64,000 nucleotides of DNA from Candidatus Nomurabacteria bacterium (GCA_020631975.1 JACKGO010000001.1:243538-307537); one strand, 5' to 3'. Shown: positions 48,154 to 59,216, numbered from the stretch's first letter. Program-made: numbers and translations. Notes: generated by a model from the sequence alone, not told the origin.

Positions 48154-48732
48154 TTACGCTTTCCTTTCTTTCTCGAACGGCATGCCGAATTTAGCGAGCA
48201 ATGCCTTACTTTGATTTACAGATGTTACATTACTAAAGACAAAATTGATTTGTAGTCCATGTATGGTCGTTGTTTCTTCGAAATTTAATTCTGGAAAGAC
48301 CGATTGATCTTTTATACCGAGGCTGTAATTTCCTGTTTTATCAAATGCTCCTGCAGAAACACCATGAAAGTCCCGTAACCGTGGTAACACAATATTGACA
48401 ACACGATCAAGAAACTCATACATCATTTCGCCGCGTAACGTGACTTTTAGTCCTATTTTGTTACCTTCGCGTAGCTTAAAGCTAGCGATACTCTTTTTAG
48501 CAGTTGTTTGAATAGGTTTTTGTCCGGTAATGCGGATAAGTGTGTTGGTTGCTACTTCCATCAGCTTTTTATCATCTTTAGCGCGACCCAAGCCGACATT
48601 TACAACAATTTTTTCTAGCTTAGGAACCTGATTTATATTAGATAAACCAAGTTCTGTACGTAGTTCTGCACGGTATGTCGTATTATATTGGACCTTTAGA
48701 CGTGCGTTGGTAGGTTGTTTTGTCTTAACCAT
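48154..48732 (-). CDS. rplE: 50S ribosomal protein L5
   Basis: Operon position and PRLRDFHGV motif. Confidence 0.95.
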   Translation of the reverse strand: MVKTKQPTNARLKVQYNTTYRAELRTELGLSNINQVPKLEKIVVNVGLGRAKDDKKLMEVATNTLIRITGQKPIQTTAKKSIASFKLREGNKIGLKVTLRGEMMYEFLDRVVNIVLPRLRDFHGVSAGAFDKTGNYSLGIKDQSVFPELNFEETTTIHGLQINFVFSNVTSVNQSKALLAKFGMPFEKERKA

Positions 48733-49061
48733 TACTTCACCTCCTTCTTGGATGAGGCATATATGCGGGTTTTCTTGCCTGATTTATCAAAGCTATAGGC
48801 AATTCGTGAAGCTTTTTTGGTTGTTGGATCTTGAATACCAACCTTGGATACGTCTATTGCCTTTGTGAGCTCTATGATACCGCCTTGAGGGTATTTATTG
48901 TTCGGTTTAACATGTTTCTTTACAATATTGATGCCCTCTACAGTAACTTTATTCTCTGCTGGGTGAGTTGCAAGTACCTTACCAGTTTGCCCTTTGTATT
49001 TGCCTGAGCGCACAACGACTGTGTCGCCTTTTTTTAATCTGATTTTATAGAGTTGTGTCAT
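48732..49061 (-). CDS. rplX: 50S ribosomal protein L24
   Basis: KOW motif IRLKKGDTVVVRSGKYKGQTGKV. Confidence 0.95.
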   Translation of the reverse strand: MTQLYKIRLKKGDTVVVRSGKYKGQTGKVLATHPAENKVTVEGINIVKKHVKPNNKYPQGGIIELTKAIDVSKVGIQDPTTKKASRIAYSFDKSGKKTRIYASSKKEVK

Positions 49062-49429
49062 TAGAGGACCTCCGGTGCAAGACTGATAATTTTCGCATAG
49101 CCTTGTTCACGTAATTCGCGTGGAACTGGCCCGAATATGCGTGTTGCTTTGGGTTGCTTATCGTCATCAATAATAACAGCTGCATTATCATCAAAGCGGA
49201 TGGTTGAACCATCGGCGCGTCGTATGACATTGGTTGTACGTACAATAACAGCCCGGACGACACTTTTTTTCTTTACATTTCCGTTTGGTGCTGCTTGTTT
49301 GACTGTTGCTACTATTACGTCGCCAACTCGGGCGTAGCGTCGTCTGGTACCACCCAGAACACGGATGCACAAAATTTCTTTTGCACCACTATTGTCGCAG
49401 ACACCAAGGCGTGATTCTTGCTGAATCAT
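49061..49429 (-). CDS. rplN: 50S ribosomal protein L14
   Basis: Start at the internal [18 protein letters not shown] just after the rpsQ stop. The listed ORF begins 25 codons earlier and overlaps rpsQ. Confidence 0.9.
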   Translation of the reverse strand: MIQQESRLGVCDNSGAKEILCIRVLGGTRRRYARVGDVIVATVKQAAPNGNVKKKSVVRAVIVRTTNVIRRADGSTIRFDDNAAVIIDDDKQPKATRIFGPVPRELREQGYAKIISLAPEVL

Positions 49430-49431
49430 AA

Positions 49432-49710
49432 CTACGCTTCCTCCTGAACTTCTGGTTCGATATGCTTTGTTTGTGCAGTTTCTAGAACACTCACCAGAGT
49501 CCATCGCTTACGCTTAGAAATAGGACGATGCTCAGTGATAGAAACAAGGTCGCCTTCTTTTGCTTGGTTATCTTCATCGTGTGCCATAAACTTAGTCGTC
49601 ACAGAATACTGCTTTTTATAGATTGGATGTGTCTTGCGTGTTACGACACTCACGACAATTGTTTTGTCGGTTTTGTCGGAACTAACACGACCTGTAATTG
49701 TGTGAGCCAT
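49432..49710 (-). CDS. rpsQ: 30S ribosomal protein S17
   Basis: [27 protein letters not shown]. Confidence 0.95.
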   Translation of the reverse strand: MAHTITGRVSSDKTDKTIVVSVVTRKTHPIYKKQYSVTTKFMAHDEDNQAKEGDLVSITEHRPISKRKRWTLVSVLETAQTKHIEPEVQEEA

Positions 49711-49971
49711 TTACTTAACCTCCCTTGCGGTGTTTCGCGCAGTCAATGCACGTGCCAGCTCTTTGCGGCGGTCGCCATAAGCGTGTACATTTTGTACTTC
49801 ACCCATAACAGTGCCACGTTTAAGTGTTACAAGATCTTCACGAAGCGCTTCAATCGCTTTTGACAGCTCTGCTTCACTCATTTTTTTAAAATCTACCTTT
49901 TTGAGAGTATCTTTCGTGTCTTTCTTGGCTGCTTTTGATGGTACTTTTTTTGTAGCTTTCTTGTCTGCCAT
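49711..49971 (-). CDS. rpmC: 50S ribosomal protein L29 with a Lys-rich N-terminal extension
   Basis: L29 core MSEAELSKAIEALREDLVTLKR...ARALTARNTARE. Start at MADKK avoids overlap with rplP; the alternative upstream ATG at 49992 overlaps it. Confidence 0.85.
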   Translation of the reverse strand: MADKKATKKVPSKAAKKDTKDTLKKVDFKKMSEAELSKAIEALREDLVTLKRGTVMGEVQNVHAYGDRRKELARALTARNTAREVK

Positions 49972-49975
49972 ACGA

Positions 49976-50392
49976 TTAAGACTCCTCTCCACGTATTATA
50001 AATTTGGTCTTGACAGGAAGTTTGTGAGCCGCTAAACGCATAGCTTCACGTGCTGTCTCTTCTGTTACGCCTTGCATTTCAAATAAAACTGTACCGGGCT
50101 TAACTTTAGCTGCAAAAAATTCTGGTGAACCTTTACCGCTACCCATTTTTACGTCTTGCGGTTTACGTGTAACGGGTGTTTGTGGGAATATACGTATCCA
50201 AATTTTTCCACCACGTTTGATATAACGGGTCATCGCTTGACGAGCAGATTCAATTTGTCGGCTGGTAATTCGATCATGACCTAAAGATTGAATCGCATAG
50301 TCACCGTGGGCAATATAATTACCTCTTGTCGCATGACCGCGTATTTTGCCCTTAAATTCTTTGCGGTGCTTCATTTTCTTAGGAAGTAACAT
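49976..50392 (-). CDS. rplP: 50S ribosomal protein L16
   Basis: [19 protein letters not shown]. Confidence 0.95.
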   Translation of the reverse strand: MLLPKKMKHRKEFKGKIRGHATRGNYIAHGDYAIQSLGHDRITSRQIESARQAMTRYIKRGGKIWIRIFPQTPVTRKPQDVKMGSGKGSPEFFAAKVKPGTVLFEMQGVTEETAREAMRLAAHKLPVKTKFIIRGEES

Positions 50393-51021
50393 TACTTGGC
50401 CTCCCCTTTATATATCCACACCTTAACGCCAATAATTCCAGCCGGTGTATGTGCTCGTTCATATCCATAGTCGATGTCTGCGCGTAGTGTGTGAAGTGGC
50501 ACACTGCCGTTAATAAGTTTTTCACGGCGTGACATTTCTGCACCATTAAGACGACCAGCTACTTCAATACGCACGCCTTTCGCCCCTGCTCGCATAGTGG
50601 CAGCTGCAGAGCTTTTCATAGCTCGCCGAAAAGCAATTCGTCGCTCGAGCTGATTCGCAATGTTTTCTGCGACTAATTTAGCGTAAAGTTCGGGTTTTTT
50701 AAGTTCTTCTATATTTACTCGCACTGTCGTGCCAAATATGCGTTCAAATTCGGCCTTGAGTTCTTGTGCACCTGCACCTCCGCGGCCAATAACAACACCA
50801 GCTTTTGCTGTTTGAATAGTAACAGTAACGAGATTAGGTGAGCGCTCTATATCTACCGTGTTAATAGCGCTACGATTAGTAAACTTTTTTGCTACATATC
50901 TGCGCACTGCAAGATCTTGTGCAAGATAATGAGCATATTCGCGTTTTGGTGCGAACCATTTACTACGCCAGTTTTTATTGACCTGAAGGCGCATACTAAT
51001 TGGATTAACTTTTTGGCCCAT
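50392..51021 (-). CDS. rpsC: 30S ribosomal protein S3
   Basis: [24 protein letters not shown] and a KH domain. Confidence 0.95.
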   Translation of the reverse strand: MGQKVNPISMRLQVNKNWRSKWFAPKREYAHYLAQDLAVRRYVAKKFTNRSAINTVDIERSPNLVTVTIQTAKAGVVIGRGGAGAQELKAEFERIFGTTVRVNIEELKKPELYAKLVAENIANQLERRIAFRRAMKSSAAATMRAGAKGVRIEVAGRLNGAEMSRREKLINGSVPLHTLRADIDYGYERAHTPAGIIGVKVWIYKGEAK

Positions 51022-51407
51022 TACTTAGCCTCCTTTTTGGTAGCTGGCTTGGCAGCTGTCTTTTTTGCAACTCGCTCATCACCAGTTACGACAACACGAA
51101 TATGACTCGTTCGACGCTGGAATGGTAAAGCCCGTCCCCTTGCTGCAGGTCGATATCGTTTTAGGCGTGGTCCTGGCGATACGCTAATCTCTACTATTTT
51201 AAGAGTATCGGGTTTAAGATTATGATTATGTTCTGCGTTAGCTTTAGCACTTGCTACGGCTTTATATACCGGATCGGCTGAACGGCGAGGAGTATGGTCC
51301 AAAATAACCATCGCATCTGCAACTGTGCGACCGCGTACTAAAGCGGCTACAACTCCGACTTTGCGGGGACTCATACGAACACCTTTTGCGACTGCTTGTA
51401 CATTCAT
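51021..51407 (-). CDS. rplV: 50S ribosomal protein L22 with a Lys-rich C-terminal extension
   Basis: Start at internal MNVQAVAKGVRMSPRKV after the rpsS stop; the listed ORF begins 21 codons earlier and overlaps rpsS. Confidence 0.9.
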   Translation of the reverse strand: MNVQAVAKGVRMSPRKVGVVAALVRGRTVADAMVILDHTPRRSADPVYKAVASAKANAEHNHNLKPDTLKIVEISVSPGPRLKRYRPAARGRALPFQRRTSHIRVVVTGDERVAKKTAAKPATKKEAK

Positions 51408-51417
51408 AGTGATACTC

Positions 51418-51687
51418 CTACTTCTTTGCCAATTTACCGCCATGGCTGCGGAACTTACGAGTTGGGGCAAATTCGCCTAGCTTATGTCCAACCATATTTT
51501 CTGTTATGAATACAGGTACATGCACTCGACCGTTGTGTACTGCAATTGTTTTACCGACAAAGTCTGGTGAAACTGTCGAAGATCTAGCCCACGTTTTAAT
51601 AATGGTGCGATCTTCTGAGCCTAAAGCCGCCACTTTCTTAGCAAGCTTAGGATCTACAAATGGTCCTTTCTTTAATGAACGACTCAT
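51418..51687 (-). CDS. rpsS: 30S ribosomal protein S19
   Basis: [19 protein letters not shown]...[23 protein letters not shown]. Confidence 0.95.
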   Translation of the reverse strand: MSRSLKKGPFVDPKLAKKVAALGSEDRTIIKTWARSSTVSPDFVGKTIAVHNGRVHVPVFITENMVGHKLGEFAPTRKFRSHGGKLAKK

Positions 51688-51690
51688 TGA

Positions 51691-52530
51691 CTAACCTCTC
51701 CTCTTCGCCTGATGACGACTTTTAACTATAAATGAATTAGATGCTTTACGGCTACGGGTTTTAAAACCAAGAGTTTTTTGACCCCATGGTGTTCGTGGGG
51801 CTTTGCCCATACGATGACGCCCACCATCACCACCACCGTGAGGGTGATCTACAGCATTCATTACAACACCGCGAACACTAGGGCGAATGCCCTTGCGACG
51901 ATTGCGCCCAGCTTTACCGATTTTGACATTTTGATGCTGTACATTACCAACATTGCCGATATGTGCACTGCAATTAATATGTATTTTACGGACTTCACCA
52001 CTTGGAAGTTTTACTTGGGCGTATTCACCTTCTTTTGCAAGCAGCTGAGCACCATTACCGGCGCTACGAACAAGTTGTGCTCCACGGCCAACTTGCAATT
52101 CTATTGCATAGATCGTGCTACCTGTAGGAATACTCTTCAGTGGTAATCTGTTAGCGGTAGCTACAGCGGCATCTTCATCAGAAACAACTGTGTCACCCTT
52201 TTTAAGTCCTTGAGCAGCAATAATGTAGTGGTATGATCCTTTGTGGTCTTTTAAGCGAGCTATCCGGGCACTACGGTTTGGGTCGTATTCTATTTCTTCA
52301 ACAGTGGCCTTTGTGCCAACAGGGAGATTAAAGTTTATATGACGGTAGTAACGGCGAACTCCTCCACCACGATGCCGTGTAGTAATACGACCTTGGTTAT
52401 TGCGTCCAACCGACCCTTTTTGTATTGTAAGTAAACTCTTTACAGGCTTTTTTGTCGTAATTTCATCGAAATCCTGGGTAGTCATGCCTCTTTGGCCAGG
52501 AGTATTTGGCTTCAGTACTTTTATGGCCAT
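51691..52530 (-). CDS. rplB: 50S ribosomal protein L2
   Basis: Operon position and the C-terminal DHPHGGGDGG segment. Confidence 0.95.
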   Translation of the reverse strand: MAIKVLKPNTPGQRGMTTQDFDEITTKKPVKSLLTIQKGSVGRNNQGRITTRHRGGGVRRYYRHINFNLPVGTKATVEEIEYDPNRSARIARLKDHKGSYHYIIAAQGLKKGDTVVSDEDAAVATANRLPLKSIPTGSTIYAIELQVGRGAQLVRSAGNGAQLLAKEGEYAQVKLPSGEVRKIHINCSAHIGNVGNVQHQNVKIGKAGRNRRKGIRPSVRGVVMNAVDHPHGGGDGGRHRMGKAPRTPWGQKTLGFKTRSRKASNSFIVKSRHQAKRRG

Positions 52531-52838
52531 TAGTTTTTCTCCTCTTCCTGGGCGGCAAACACAGGAATGGTTTGACCGTCTTTTATTCGTACATATGCTT
52601 TCTTCGTATCTGAACGTGTGCCAACTATAGTACGGCCGCCTTTGCGGTAACTTTTCTTAGTCTTACCAGAAATACGTGCTATGTTAACATCTATCACATC
52701 AACGCTATATTCGGTTTCAATTGCACGTTTTACTGCTATTTTGTTAGCACCTAGAGGTACAACAAAAACATAGGTATTGAGCGCACTAGCTTGTCCGTAT
52801 GCTTTTTCGCTGACACGTGGAGTAATAACTAAATTCAT
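52530..52838 (-). CDS. rplW: 50S ribosomal protein L23
   Basis: Operon position between rplD and rplB and KKAYVRI motif. Confidence 0.95.
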   Translation of the reverse strand: MNLVITPRVSEKAYGQASALNTYVFVVPLGANKIAVKRAIETEYSVDVIDVNIARISGKTKKSYRKGGRTIVGTRSDTKKAYVRIKDGQTIPVFAAQEEEKN

Positions 52839-53476
52839 TATTTGGTACCTCCTAGACGTTGATCTATCACAGCAAGTGCAGCTTTAGTCATAACAATATT
52901 CCGTGCATCTAGGACATCTACAACTGATAGATTACTTGCCTTGACAAGTGAAATGGTATTGATGTTAGCGCACGCCTGAATTGTCTTTGGTGTGGCAGAC
53001 TCTATAACAACGAGCGCTTGGGCAGATGCACCGAGTTTATCTAATAACGTGGCTGCGTCTTTGGTTTTTCCGCTCTTGACAACAAAGTCTTCAATAACGC
53101 ACACCGGTTTATTTTTCACTGCGAGGCTCAGTGCTTGTCGCAAAGATAATTTGCGTGCACTGGCATTTAGCTTCATGGTGTAGTTTTCTTTGCCACTAGG
53201 GCCAAAGGTAATTCCACCGCCACGCCAAATAGGGTTTCGTATTGAACCGGTTCTGGCGTTGCCTGTTCCTTTTTGAGCCCATGGCTTCTTACCACCACCG
53301 CTTACTTCGCCCTTTTTAAGTGTCTTGGCAAGATTCAAGCGCCCATTCGCCTTATACGTAATATACGCTTGCTTAAGCAATTCGTGGTTAGCGACTTCTA
53401 TCGCAAATATATCCTTATTGAGCTTTACAGCAGTCGTTGACTTGGTGCCGCTCGCACTATATGAAGATACGGCCAT
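52838..53476 (-). CDS. rplD: 50S ribosomal protein L4
   Basis: Operon position and the GGGKKPWAQKGTGNARTGSIRNPIWRGGG segment. Confidence 0.95.
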   Translation of the reverse strand: MAVSSYSASGTKSTTAVKLNKDIFAIEVANHELLKQAYITYKANGRLNLAKTLKKGEVSGGGKKPWAQKGTGNARTGSIRNPIWRGGGITFGPSGKENYTMKLNASARKLSLRQALSLAVKNKPVCVIEDFVVKSGKTKDAATLLDKLGASAQALVVIESATPKTIQACANINTISLVKASNLSVVDVLDARNIVMTKAALAVIDQRLGGTK

Positions 53477-54114
53477 TAGTTTGCTCCTTTCAGGATAACA
53501 ATACCCTTACGTGGCCCTGGGACCGCACCAACAATGCCAATAACATTGTGTTCGGTATCTACAAGAGCAACATGTAAGTTACGAACTGTAACTTGTTCGT
53601 GGCCCATTTGGCCAGCCATTCGTTTCCCTTTAAAAATTTTCTGAGGATACATAGATCCTATAGATCCTGGGCGACGATAACTTTGTCCACCGTGGGTTTT
53701 ACGCCCACGTTTAAAATTATGTCGTTTAATAGTGCCAGCAAAACCTTTGCCTTTACTGGTACCAGTTGCATGAACTGTGTCACCAACAGTAAATGCATCT
53801 GCACTGATTTTTGATCCTACGGTAATATCATCACTTATTTCGTCTATGCGAAATTCACGCACTACCTTAGGGGTGATGCCCGATTGCTTAAAATGACCGG
53901 CTTGGGCTTTGCCGATCTTCTTGGCTTCTTCAAAGCCGAGCTGCACTGCAGTATAACCGTCGGTTTCTGCGGTTTTGACCTGTGTCACCACACAGGGACT
54001 AGCGGAAAGCAAGGTAACTGGTGTTAATGCACCATTGTCAGCAATGATACTCGTCATGCCAACTTTCCTTGTAATGAGTGCTTTCATAGTACTCCTTAAA
54101 TTATTTACGCTCAC
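53476..54114 (-). CDS. rplC: 50S ribosomal protein L3
   Basis: Operon position and the TSKGKGFAGTIKRHNFKRG segment. Confidence 0.95.
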   Translation of the reverse strand: MSVNNLRSTMKALITRKVGMTSIIADNGALTPVTLLSASPCVVTQVKTAETDGYTAVQLGFEEAKKIGKAQAGHFKQSGITPKVVREFRIDEISDDITVGSKISADAFTVGDTVHATGTSKGKGFAGTIKRHNFKRGRKTHGGQSYRRPGSIGSMYPQKIFKGKRMAGQMGHEQVTVRNLHVALVDTEHNVIGIVGAVPGPRKGIVILKGAN

Positions 54115-54332
54115 CTCAATAGCACACTACCGTGTATAGGGCATAAAAATGCTTGGTAGTATTGGTAGTTTTGAGGCAAATAGTGCGCTCAACTTACCAT
54201 TTCACCAAGGAGCTGTTTTTATATACCATCAAATTCTATCAAATTATTACAGATAAGTCAAAGGGTTATTTATAAAACAAATATATATTACCAAATGGTT
54301 ACACGGACGTGCATGAGCATGTGCATGGCTAC

Positions 54333-55922
54333 TTATGTCAAACAGGCACGTATAAAACCCAAAAATAACGGATGGGGTTTAAGCGGACGACTATTGAACT
54401 CTGGGTGGTATTGTGTAGCAACGTAATATGGATGATTAGATGCTTCTATAACTTCTGTTAGACCAGTATCGGGGTTTTTACCCACAATATGTACACCCTG
54501 TTGTTCTAAACTTGCTTGATAGAGAGGGTTAAACTCATAGCGGTGACGGTGTCGCTCTAGGATTGAAGACTTATTGTATAGCTTGTAGACAGTACTGTCT
54601 TTGGTAAGGTTACATGTGTAATTGCCTAACCTCATAGTCCCGCCCATACCGCTGAGTGTTTTTTGCGATTCTAGTAAATCTATTACTGGATGCTCTGTAT
54701 CGCTGTCAAACTCGGTTGAATTTGCTGTGGGCGTGCCACTAAGACGTACTGCTCCTATACAGGCAACTTGCATTCCTAGACATAGCCCTAAATATGGCAG
54801 TTTGTTTTGAAGGGCATATTGAGCAGCTATAATTTTTCCTTCGATACCCCGTGACCCAAAACCACCAGGTACAACCACGCCATTCATGCCGTCAAGTAAT
54901 TTGGCAATGTTGTTTTTTGTTATTTTTTCTGCATCTATCCATGTAATAGATACTTGGTGGCTACTGTTCCAGGCAGCACTTTTTAACGCCTCTACAACAC
55001 TTGTATATGTATCTGTATGGTCAAGATATTTGGCAACTATTGCCACCGACACTTTTGGCGCTTTCTTATCTTTTATATGATTAACCAGCTTCGCCCAATC
55101 GTCAAGATTAGTTGTCGCTTTTGGCAAACCTAAATGTTGACAGACAATATCACCGACACCTCGTTTTTCTAATATAAGGGGTACTTCATATATGGTATCT
55201 ACTGTTGGCATAGGGACTACTTTATCAATCGCGATATCACTAAATAAACTTAACTTTTTTAGGGCACTTTGTGGAACATCATGGTCTGCGCGGGCTACGA
55301 GTAAATCACAATGTATACCAGCTTCTCTTAAGTCACGGACCGCATTTTGAGCTGGCTTACTTTTTACTTCTTGACTCGCGGCTATAAATGGTAAATATAC
55401 TACATGTACATACATGCAATTTTCAGGTCCAATACGTGTGCGCATTTGACGTATCGCTTCAATAAAAGCTGTACTTTCGTAATCGCCAACAGTACCACCT
55501 ACTTCAACAATATGAACGTCGTAGCCTTTGCCGGCAGCAATTATCGCTTCTTGCATGGCATTTGTAACGTGGGGAATAATCTGTACAGTCTTGCCTAAGT
55601 ACTTGCCTGCTCGTTCGTCCTCGATTACCTGGCGGTAAATCCGACCACTCATCGTTGAGCTTCTTTGAGTAAGCTCAATATTTAGAAAACGCTCATAGTG
55701 GCCTAGGTCGAGATCAGTTTCTGCACCATCTTTCGTAACAAATACTTCACCATGTTCTGCGGGGTTGAGTGTACCGGCGTCTACATTAAAATAGGGGTCG
55801 CATTTTTGGATACTCACACGTAAACCACGACTTTTTAATACTGCTCCGATACTTGCGGCTGTAACTCCTTTGCCTACGCCACTTAGCACACCACCAGTAA
55901 CAAAAATATATCTCGTTGCCAT
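54333..55922 (-). CDS. pyrG: CTP synthase
   Basis: MATRYIFVTGGVLSGVGKG synthetase domain and a C-terminal GATase (GLCLGMQ). Confidence 0.9.
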   Translation of the reverse strand: MATRYIFVTGGVLSGVGKGVTAASIGAVLKSRGLRVSIQKCDPYFNVDAGTLNPAEHGEVFVTKDGAETDLDLGHYERFLNIELTQRSSTMSGRIYRQVIEDERAGKYLGKTVQIIPHVTNAMQEAIIAAGKGYDVHIVEVGGTVGDYESTAFIEAIRQMRTRIGPENCMYVHVVYLPFIAASQEVKSKPAQNAVRDLREAGIHCDLLVARADHDVPQSALKKLSLFSDIAIDKVVPMPTVDTIYEVPLILEKRGVGDIVCQHLGLPKATTNLDDWAKLVNHIKDKKAPKVSVAIVAKYLDHTDTYTSVVEALKSAAWNSSHQVSITWIDAEKITKNNIAKLLDGMNGVVVPGGFGSRGIEGKIIAAQYALQNKLPYLGLCLGMQVACIGAVRLSGTPTANSTEFDSDTEHPVIDLLESQKTLSGMGGTMRLGNYTCNLTKDSTVYKLYNKSSILERHRHRYEFNPLYQASLEQQGVHIVGKNPDTGLTEVIEASNHPYYVATQYHPEFNSRPLKPHPLFLGFIRACLT

Positions 55923-56021
55923 AAGAACACTCCTCGTATCAAACTTTTTTATTCACACATATATGTTTTTTCAGGGGTTTTCTTTAATTATGATACCACC
56001 AGCAAAAAAAGCAAGTATTTT

Positions 56022-56294
56022 TTAGCTGCCCACTGTAAGTACGAAGCCTATTGGTGCAATAAAGCTAAGCACTGTCGCTATGAGTAAGACAGCAATTTCT
56101 ATTTTTCTATCTATCTGAAAATTATCATGGCTGGCAAATACAATGCCTATGACTAAGCCAACAGGAATAGAAATCCCGTTACTGCCACCGACTTGTATCC
56201 AAAGGCAGCCAAGTAAAAAGTATAGAACCAGTTTTAAAAAATATACGCTATCTGGTTCAATAGGTGTTTTTTGCTTATTTTTAGTTTTGGCCAT
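56022..56294 (-). CDS. hypothetical small membrane protein (90 aa, 3 TM)
   Basis: Hydrophobic helices only. Confidence 0.35.
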   Translation of the reverse strand: MAKTKNKQKTPIEPDSVYFLKLVLYFLLGCLWIQVGGSNGISIPVGLVIGIVFASHDNFQIDRKIEIAVLLIATVLSFIAPIGFVLTVGS

Positions 56295-56327
56295 TGCCTA
56301 GTAATTATATCATAGAGTGGTGGCGTA

Positions 56328-57491
56328 TTAGGTTTTTTGCAGGCGTTTTTTGTAGCTACTAGCAGCAATACTGTAGCGTTCGGTTGCGATACGTACTACG
56401 AGGCCTGTTCCAAATATCGTTGCCACAACAAATGCAATTATGTTAACAACCGGTATTACATACAGCAGAAGTAGCAGCACAGCTCCCACAAGTGATCGTA
56501 TTGGATGACTGCGATAAGGAAAGAATAAACTACCTAAAAAGTGGGCGACAAACGGAGAGCTTAACAGTAACACTGCTCCAAATAAAAACCCTACGATGAA
56601 AGCGAGCGGGATACCAACAATACTTGTAAGGAGTAGTGCAATGCCTAGAGGTGTAACAACAATTGTCATAACACCTGCTAAAGCGCTTATCCATGGTTGT
56701 TTTTTTGCATACACAACACTGTCTTCAAGAGATTTTGGGAACAAGAATGCGACCCCAAGAGCCGTAATAATGAGCGATATAAACCATGCTATATACAACA
56801 AAGCTGCTAAGAATACGGTACCAGTAGCGAGACTACTTAAATACGTTGGTGCATTGGTAGCTATTTGATTAATTTGACCACTAACAGTACCTGCTGGTAC
56901 TTCTAGTGCCTGTGGCGAAGAATATGTTATCGTACCCAATTGTGCAGAATCAGTTATCGTCATAGTCCTATGGTATGAATAGACATCCCGATCGATAGTG
57001 CCAGATATATTGACTGTTTTTGCGCGAATCGTCACATCACGACCAACAGTACCACTTAGCTGTAGTGTGTTGGCGACAACAGTTGCATCACCCGCTATGG
57101 CAGCGTCTTTGTTTATGCGTATGTCTGAACCAATTAAGGTAGCATTGCCTGCAACAGTGCCATCAAGCACAATGTTTTGTGCAATAATGCGAGCATTATT
57201 ATTGATAGTACCTTTAAGAGTTACCGTATTACCCAAGCACATCACATCACCATTCACTACTGCATCAATAATTGCGTTGTCGGCTACGCAATAAAGATCG
57301 CCATTCACCAAATCGTTCATAACTAAACGTTGATTTACGCGATATATTGTCTTGTCATAAATATTTGTAGTAGGCTGAGAAAACTGTTTTGGTTCGTCTG
57401 CAAAAACTGTGTGGTTTATAGATGTATAGGCCATAAAACTCATGACTAACAACCCTATACTTGCAAGTATTATTGAAGTACGCTTATTCAT
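56328..57491 (-). CDS. bactofilin-like beta-helical repeat domain fused to a polytopic membrane domain
   Basis: Signal/anchor, then about 150 aa of repeating G-D/N-x-hydrophobic turns (VVNGDVMCLGNTVTLKGTINNNARIIAQNIVLDGTVAGNATLIGSDIRINKDAAIAGDATVV), then five or more TM helices. Confidence 0.4.
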   Translation of the reverse strand: MNKRTSIILASIGLLVMSFMAYTSINHTVFADEPKQFSQPTTNIYDKTIYRVNQRLVMNDLVNGDLYCVADNAIIDAVVNGDVMCLGNTVTLKGTINNNARIIAQNIVLDGTVAGNATLIGSDIRINKDAAIAGDATVVANTLQLSGTVGRDVTIRAKTVNISGTIDRDVYSYHRTMTITDSAQLGTITYSSPQALEVPAGTVSGQINQIATNAPTYLSSLATGTVFLAALLYIAWFISLIITALGVAFLFPKSLEDSVVYAKKQPWISALAGVMTIVVTPLGIALLLTSIVGIPLAFIVGFLFGAVLLLSSPFVAHFLGSLFFPYRSHPIRSLVGAVLLLLLYVIPVVNIIAFVVATIFGTGLVVRIATERYSIAASSYKKRLQKT

Positions 57492-57551
57492 ACATATTAA
57501 ACTCCCTACTATGTGTAGTATACCACCATATTTGAGGTGTTTTATTAGTCT

Positions 57552-58757
57552 TTATTTACGTAGCGGTAGATCTAGAAGCTTACATACGGCTACGTCAAAC
57601 GCTGCTTGCTTAAGTGTTGTGTTGGTGAGCTTCGCATAATCTAAGACATCTACTGTGGCTTGTGTCATCGTAGCGTCTAGCTTTGTATTAACATCTTCAT
57701 GGGTCCAACGTTTCTTTTGCATGTTTTGTAACCACTCATAGTAGCTTACTACCACCCCTCCAGCGTTTGCGAGTATATCAGGTACGACTTCAGTTCCTTG
57801 GTGGAAAAGTATATCTGTAGCTTTATCTGTAACGGGACCATTGGCTAATTCTATGATAAACCGAGCTCTAACAACTGATGCGTTGGCTGGGGTGATAACG
57901 TTTCCTAAAGCCGCCAAAACAAGCATCGTGTACTCTCCACGTATTAGCTGGTTACTGCTAAGTTCTACAGTATTTGGAAAACCTGCTATCTTTTGGTTGT
58001 GTTTTTTGTATGCAACTAAGGATTGTGCATCAATATCTTTGCTAGAAATCGCTGTTTTTGAGTCAGATGCAGCTTGTAGTTGCCAGCGAGGTTGCAGGGT
58101 GCTTGCTTCTGTGGCAAAAAAACTTCCGACATTGCCGAGACCTTGCAGACCATAGCTCACATCTGTAATATTATTAGATTGCATAATTGTTTGAGCCACA
58201 ATAAACCCGCCTCTACCGGTAGCAGCTTCTCTGCCATTGCTCCCACCCTTTTTTAGTGACTTTCCCGTAAAACTAGCTCCTGAAGTGTCACCAGTTATTT
58301 TGTGATATTCATCTGTCATCCAGTCAATAATTTGTGAATTAGTTTGTACATCTGGTGCAGGTATGTCTTGTTGCGGGCCAATATACGGGCTAAGATACGC
58401 TACGTATTTTCGGGATAGTTCTTCTAGTTCATGTGCGGTAAGTTGTTTTGGGTCCACAGCTATGCCGCCCTTACCACCCCCGAGCGGTAAGTCTAATAAT
58501 GCTGTCTTAAGACTCATTAAGATACTAAGTGCTACTACTTCGCTGCGGGTAACGTCTGGGTGAAAACGTATTCCACCTTTATAAGGACCCCTATCATTAT
58601 TGTGCTGTGACCTATAGGCTTGAAAACACTTACCATTGTTGAGCGTGATGGTAAATTCATGAACCTTATTGGGAGTCAGTAGTTTGTTTAGTTGTTGGTC
58701 GCTTAGACCTAAACGTTTTGCTGATTCTTGTAAAAAATATGTTACCGTTGTGTGCAT
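57552..58757 (-). CDS. gdh: Glu/Leu/Phe/Val-family dehydrogenase (glutamate dehydrogenase)
   Basis: KGGIRFHPDVTRSEV...LPLGGGKGG catalytic lysine region. Confidence 0.9.
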   Translation of the reverse strand: MHTTVTYFLQESAKRLGLSDQQLNKLLTPNKVHEFTITLNNGKCFQAYRSQHNNDRGPYKGGIRFHPDVTRSEVVALSILMSLKTALLDLPLGGGKGGIAVDPKQLTAHELEELSRKYVAYLSPYIGPQQDIPAPDVQTNSQIIDWMTDEYHKITGDTSGASFTGKSLKKGGSNGREAATGRGGFIVAQTIMQSNNITDVSYGLQGLGNVGSFFATEASTLQPRWQLQAASDSKTAISSKDIDAQSLVAYKKHNQKIAGFPNTVELSSNQLIRGEYTMLVLAALGNVITPANASVVRARFIIELANGPVTDKATDILFHQGTEVVPDILANAGGVVVSYYEWLQNMQKKRWTHEDVNTKLDATMTQATVDVLDYAKLTNTTLKQAAFDVAVCKLLDLPLRK

Positions 58758-58826
58758 TACGACTTACTATACTACATTTATTTGAAGTCTTTTTCGCATT
58801 GTGAAGATACTGATATACTTATTGGT

Positions 58827-59090
58827 ATGCAAAAACGTATAATTATTGATGTTAGAGAACCATTTGAATTTGCTTCAGGCCATGTGCCAGATGCCATTAA
58901 CATACCACCAAGAGAATTAATGGATGGTTCACCCAAACTTGCCAGTATACCCAAAGATACTGAGCTCATATTGTATTGTCGGTCTGGGAGTCGGTCGCGT
59001 ACAGCTGCTATGATATTAACCCAACAAGGTTACACGAATATCATTAACGGTATTAACCAAGACTATGTTACTACCCATTACGTATCATAA
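58827..59090 (+). CDS. single-domain rhodanese sulfurtransferase
   Basis: Active-site loop CRSGSRS. Start placed at the internal ATG that clears the convergent gdh end. Confidence 0.7.
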   Translation: MQKRIIIDVREPFEFASGHVPDAINIPPRELMDGSPKLASIPKDTELILYCRSGSRSRTAAMILTQQGYTNIINGINQDYVTTHYVS

Positions 59091-59216
59091 GAAACCTTAT
59101 GATGTACACACTGCTAATGTTCTAGTAGGTAGAACACCTTTAAATCACTACGCATAAACAGCTCATTTAAAAGCAAGTCACCGGCTCGTAGCTTGTAACA
59201 CTGCTTTAGATAAGCG

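Noticed and set aside
54280-54332. GCATG triple repeat (GTGCATGAGCATGTGCATGG) downstream of pyrG
   Set aside because: It is a direct rather than inverted repeat and has no flanking U-tract, so it is not a convincing terminator or operator. It is noted only as a curiosity.
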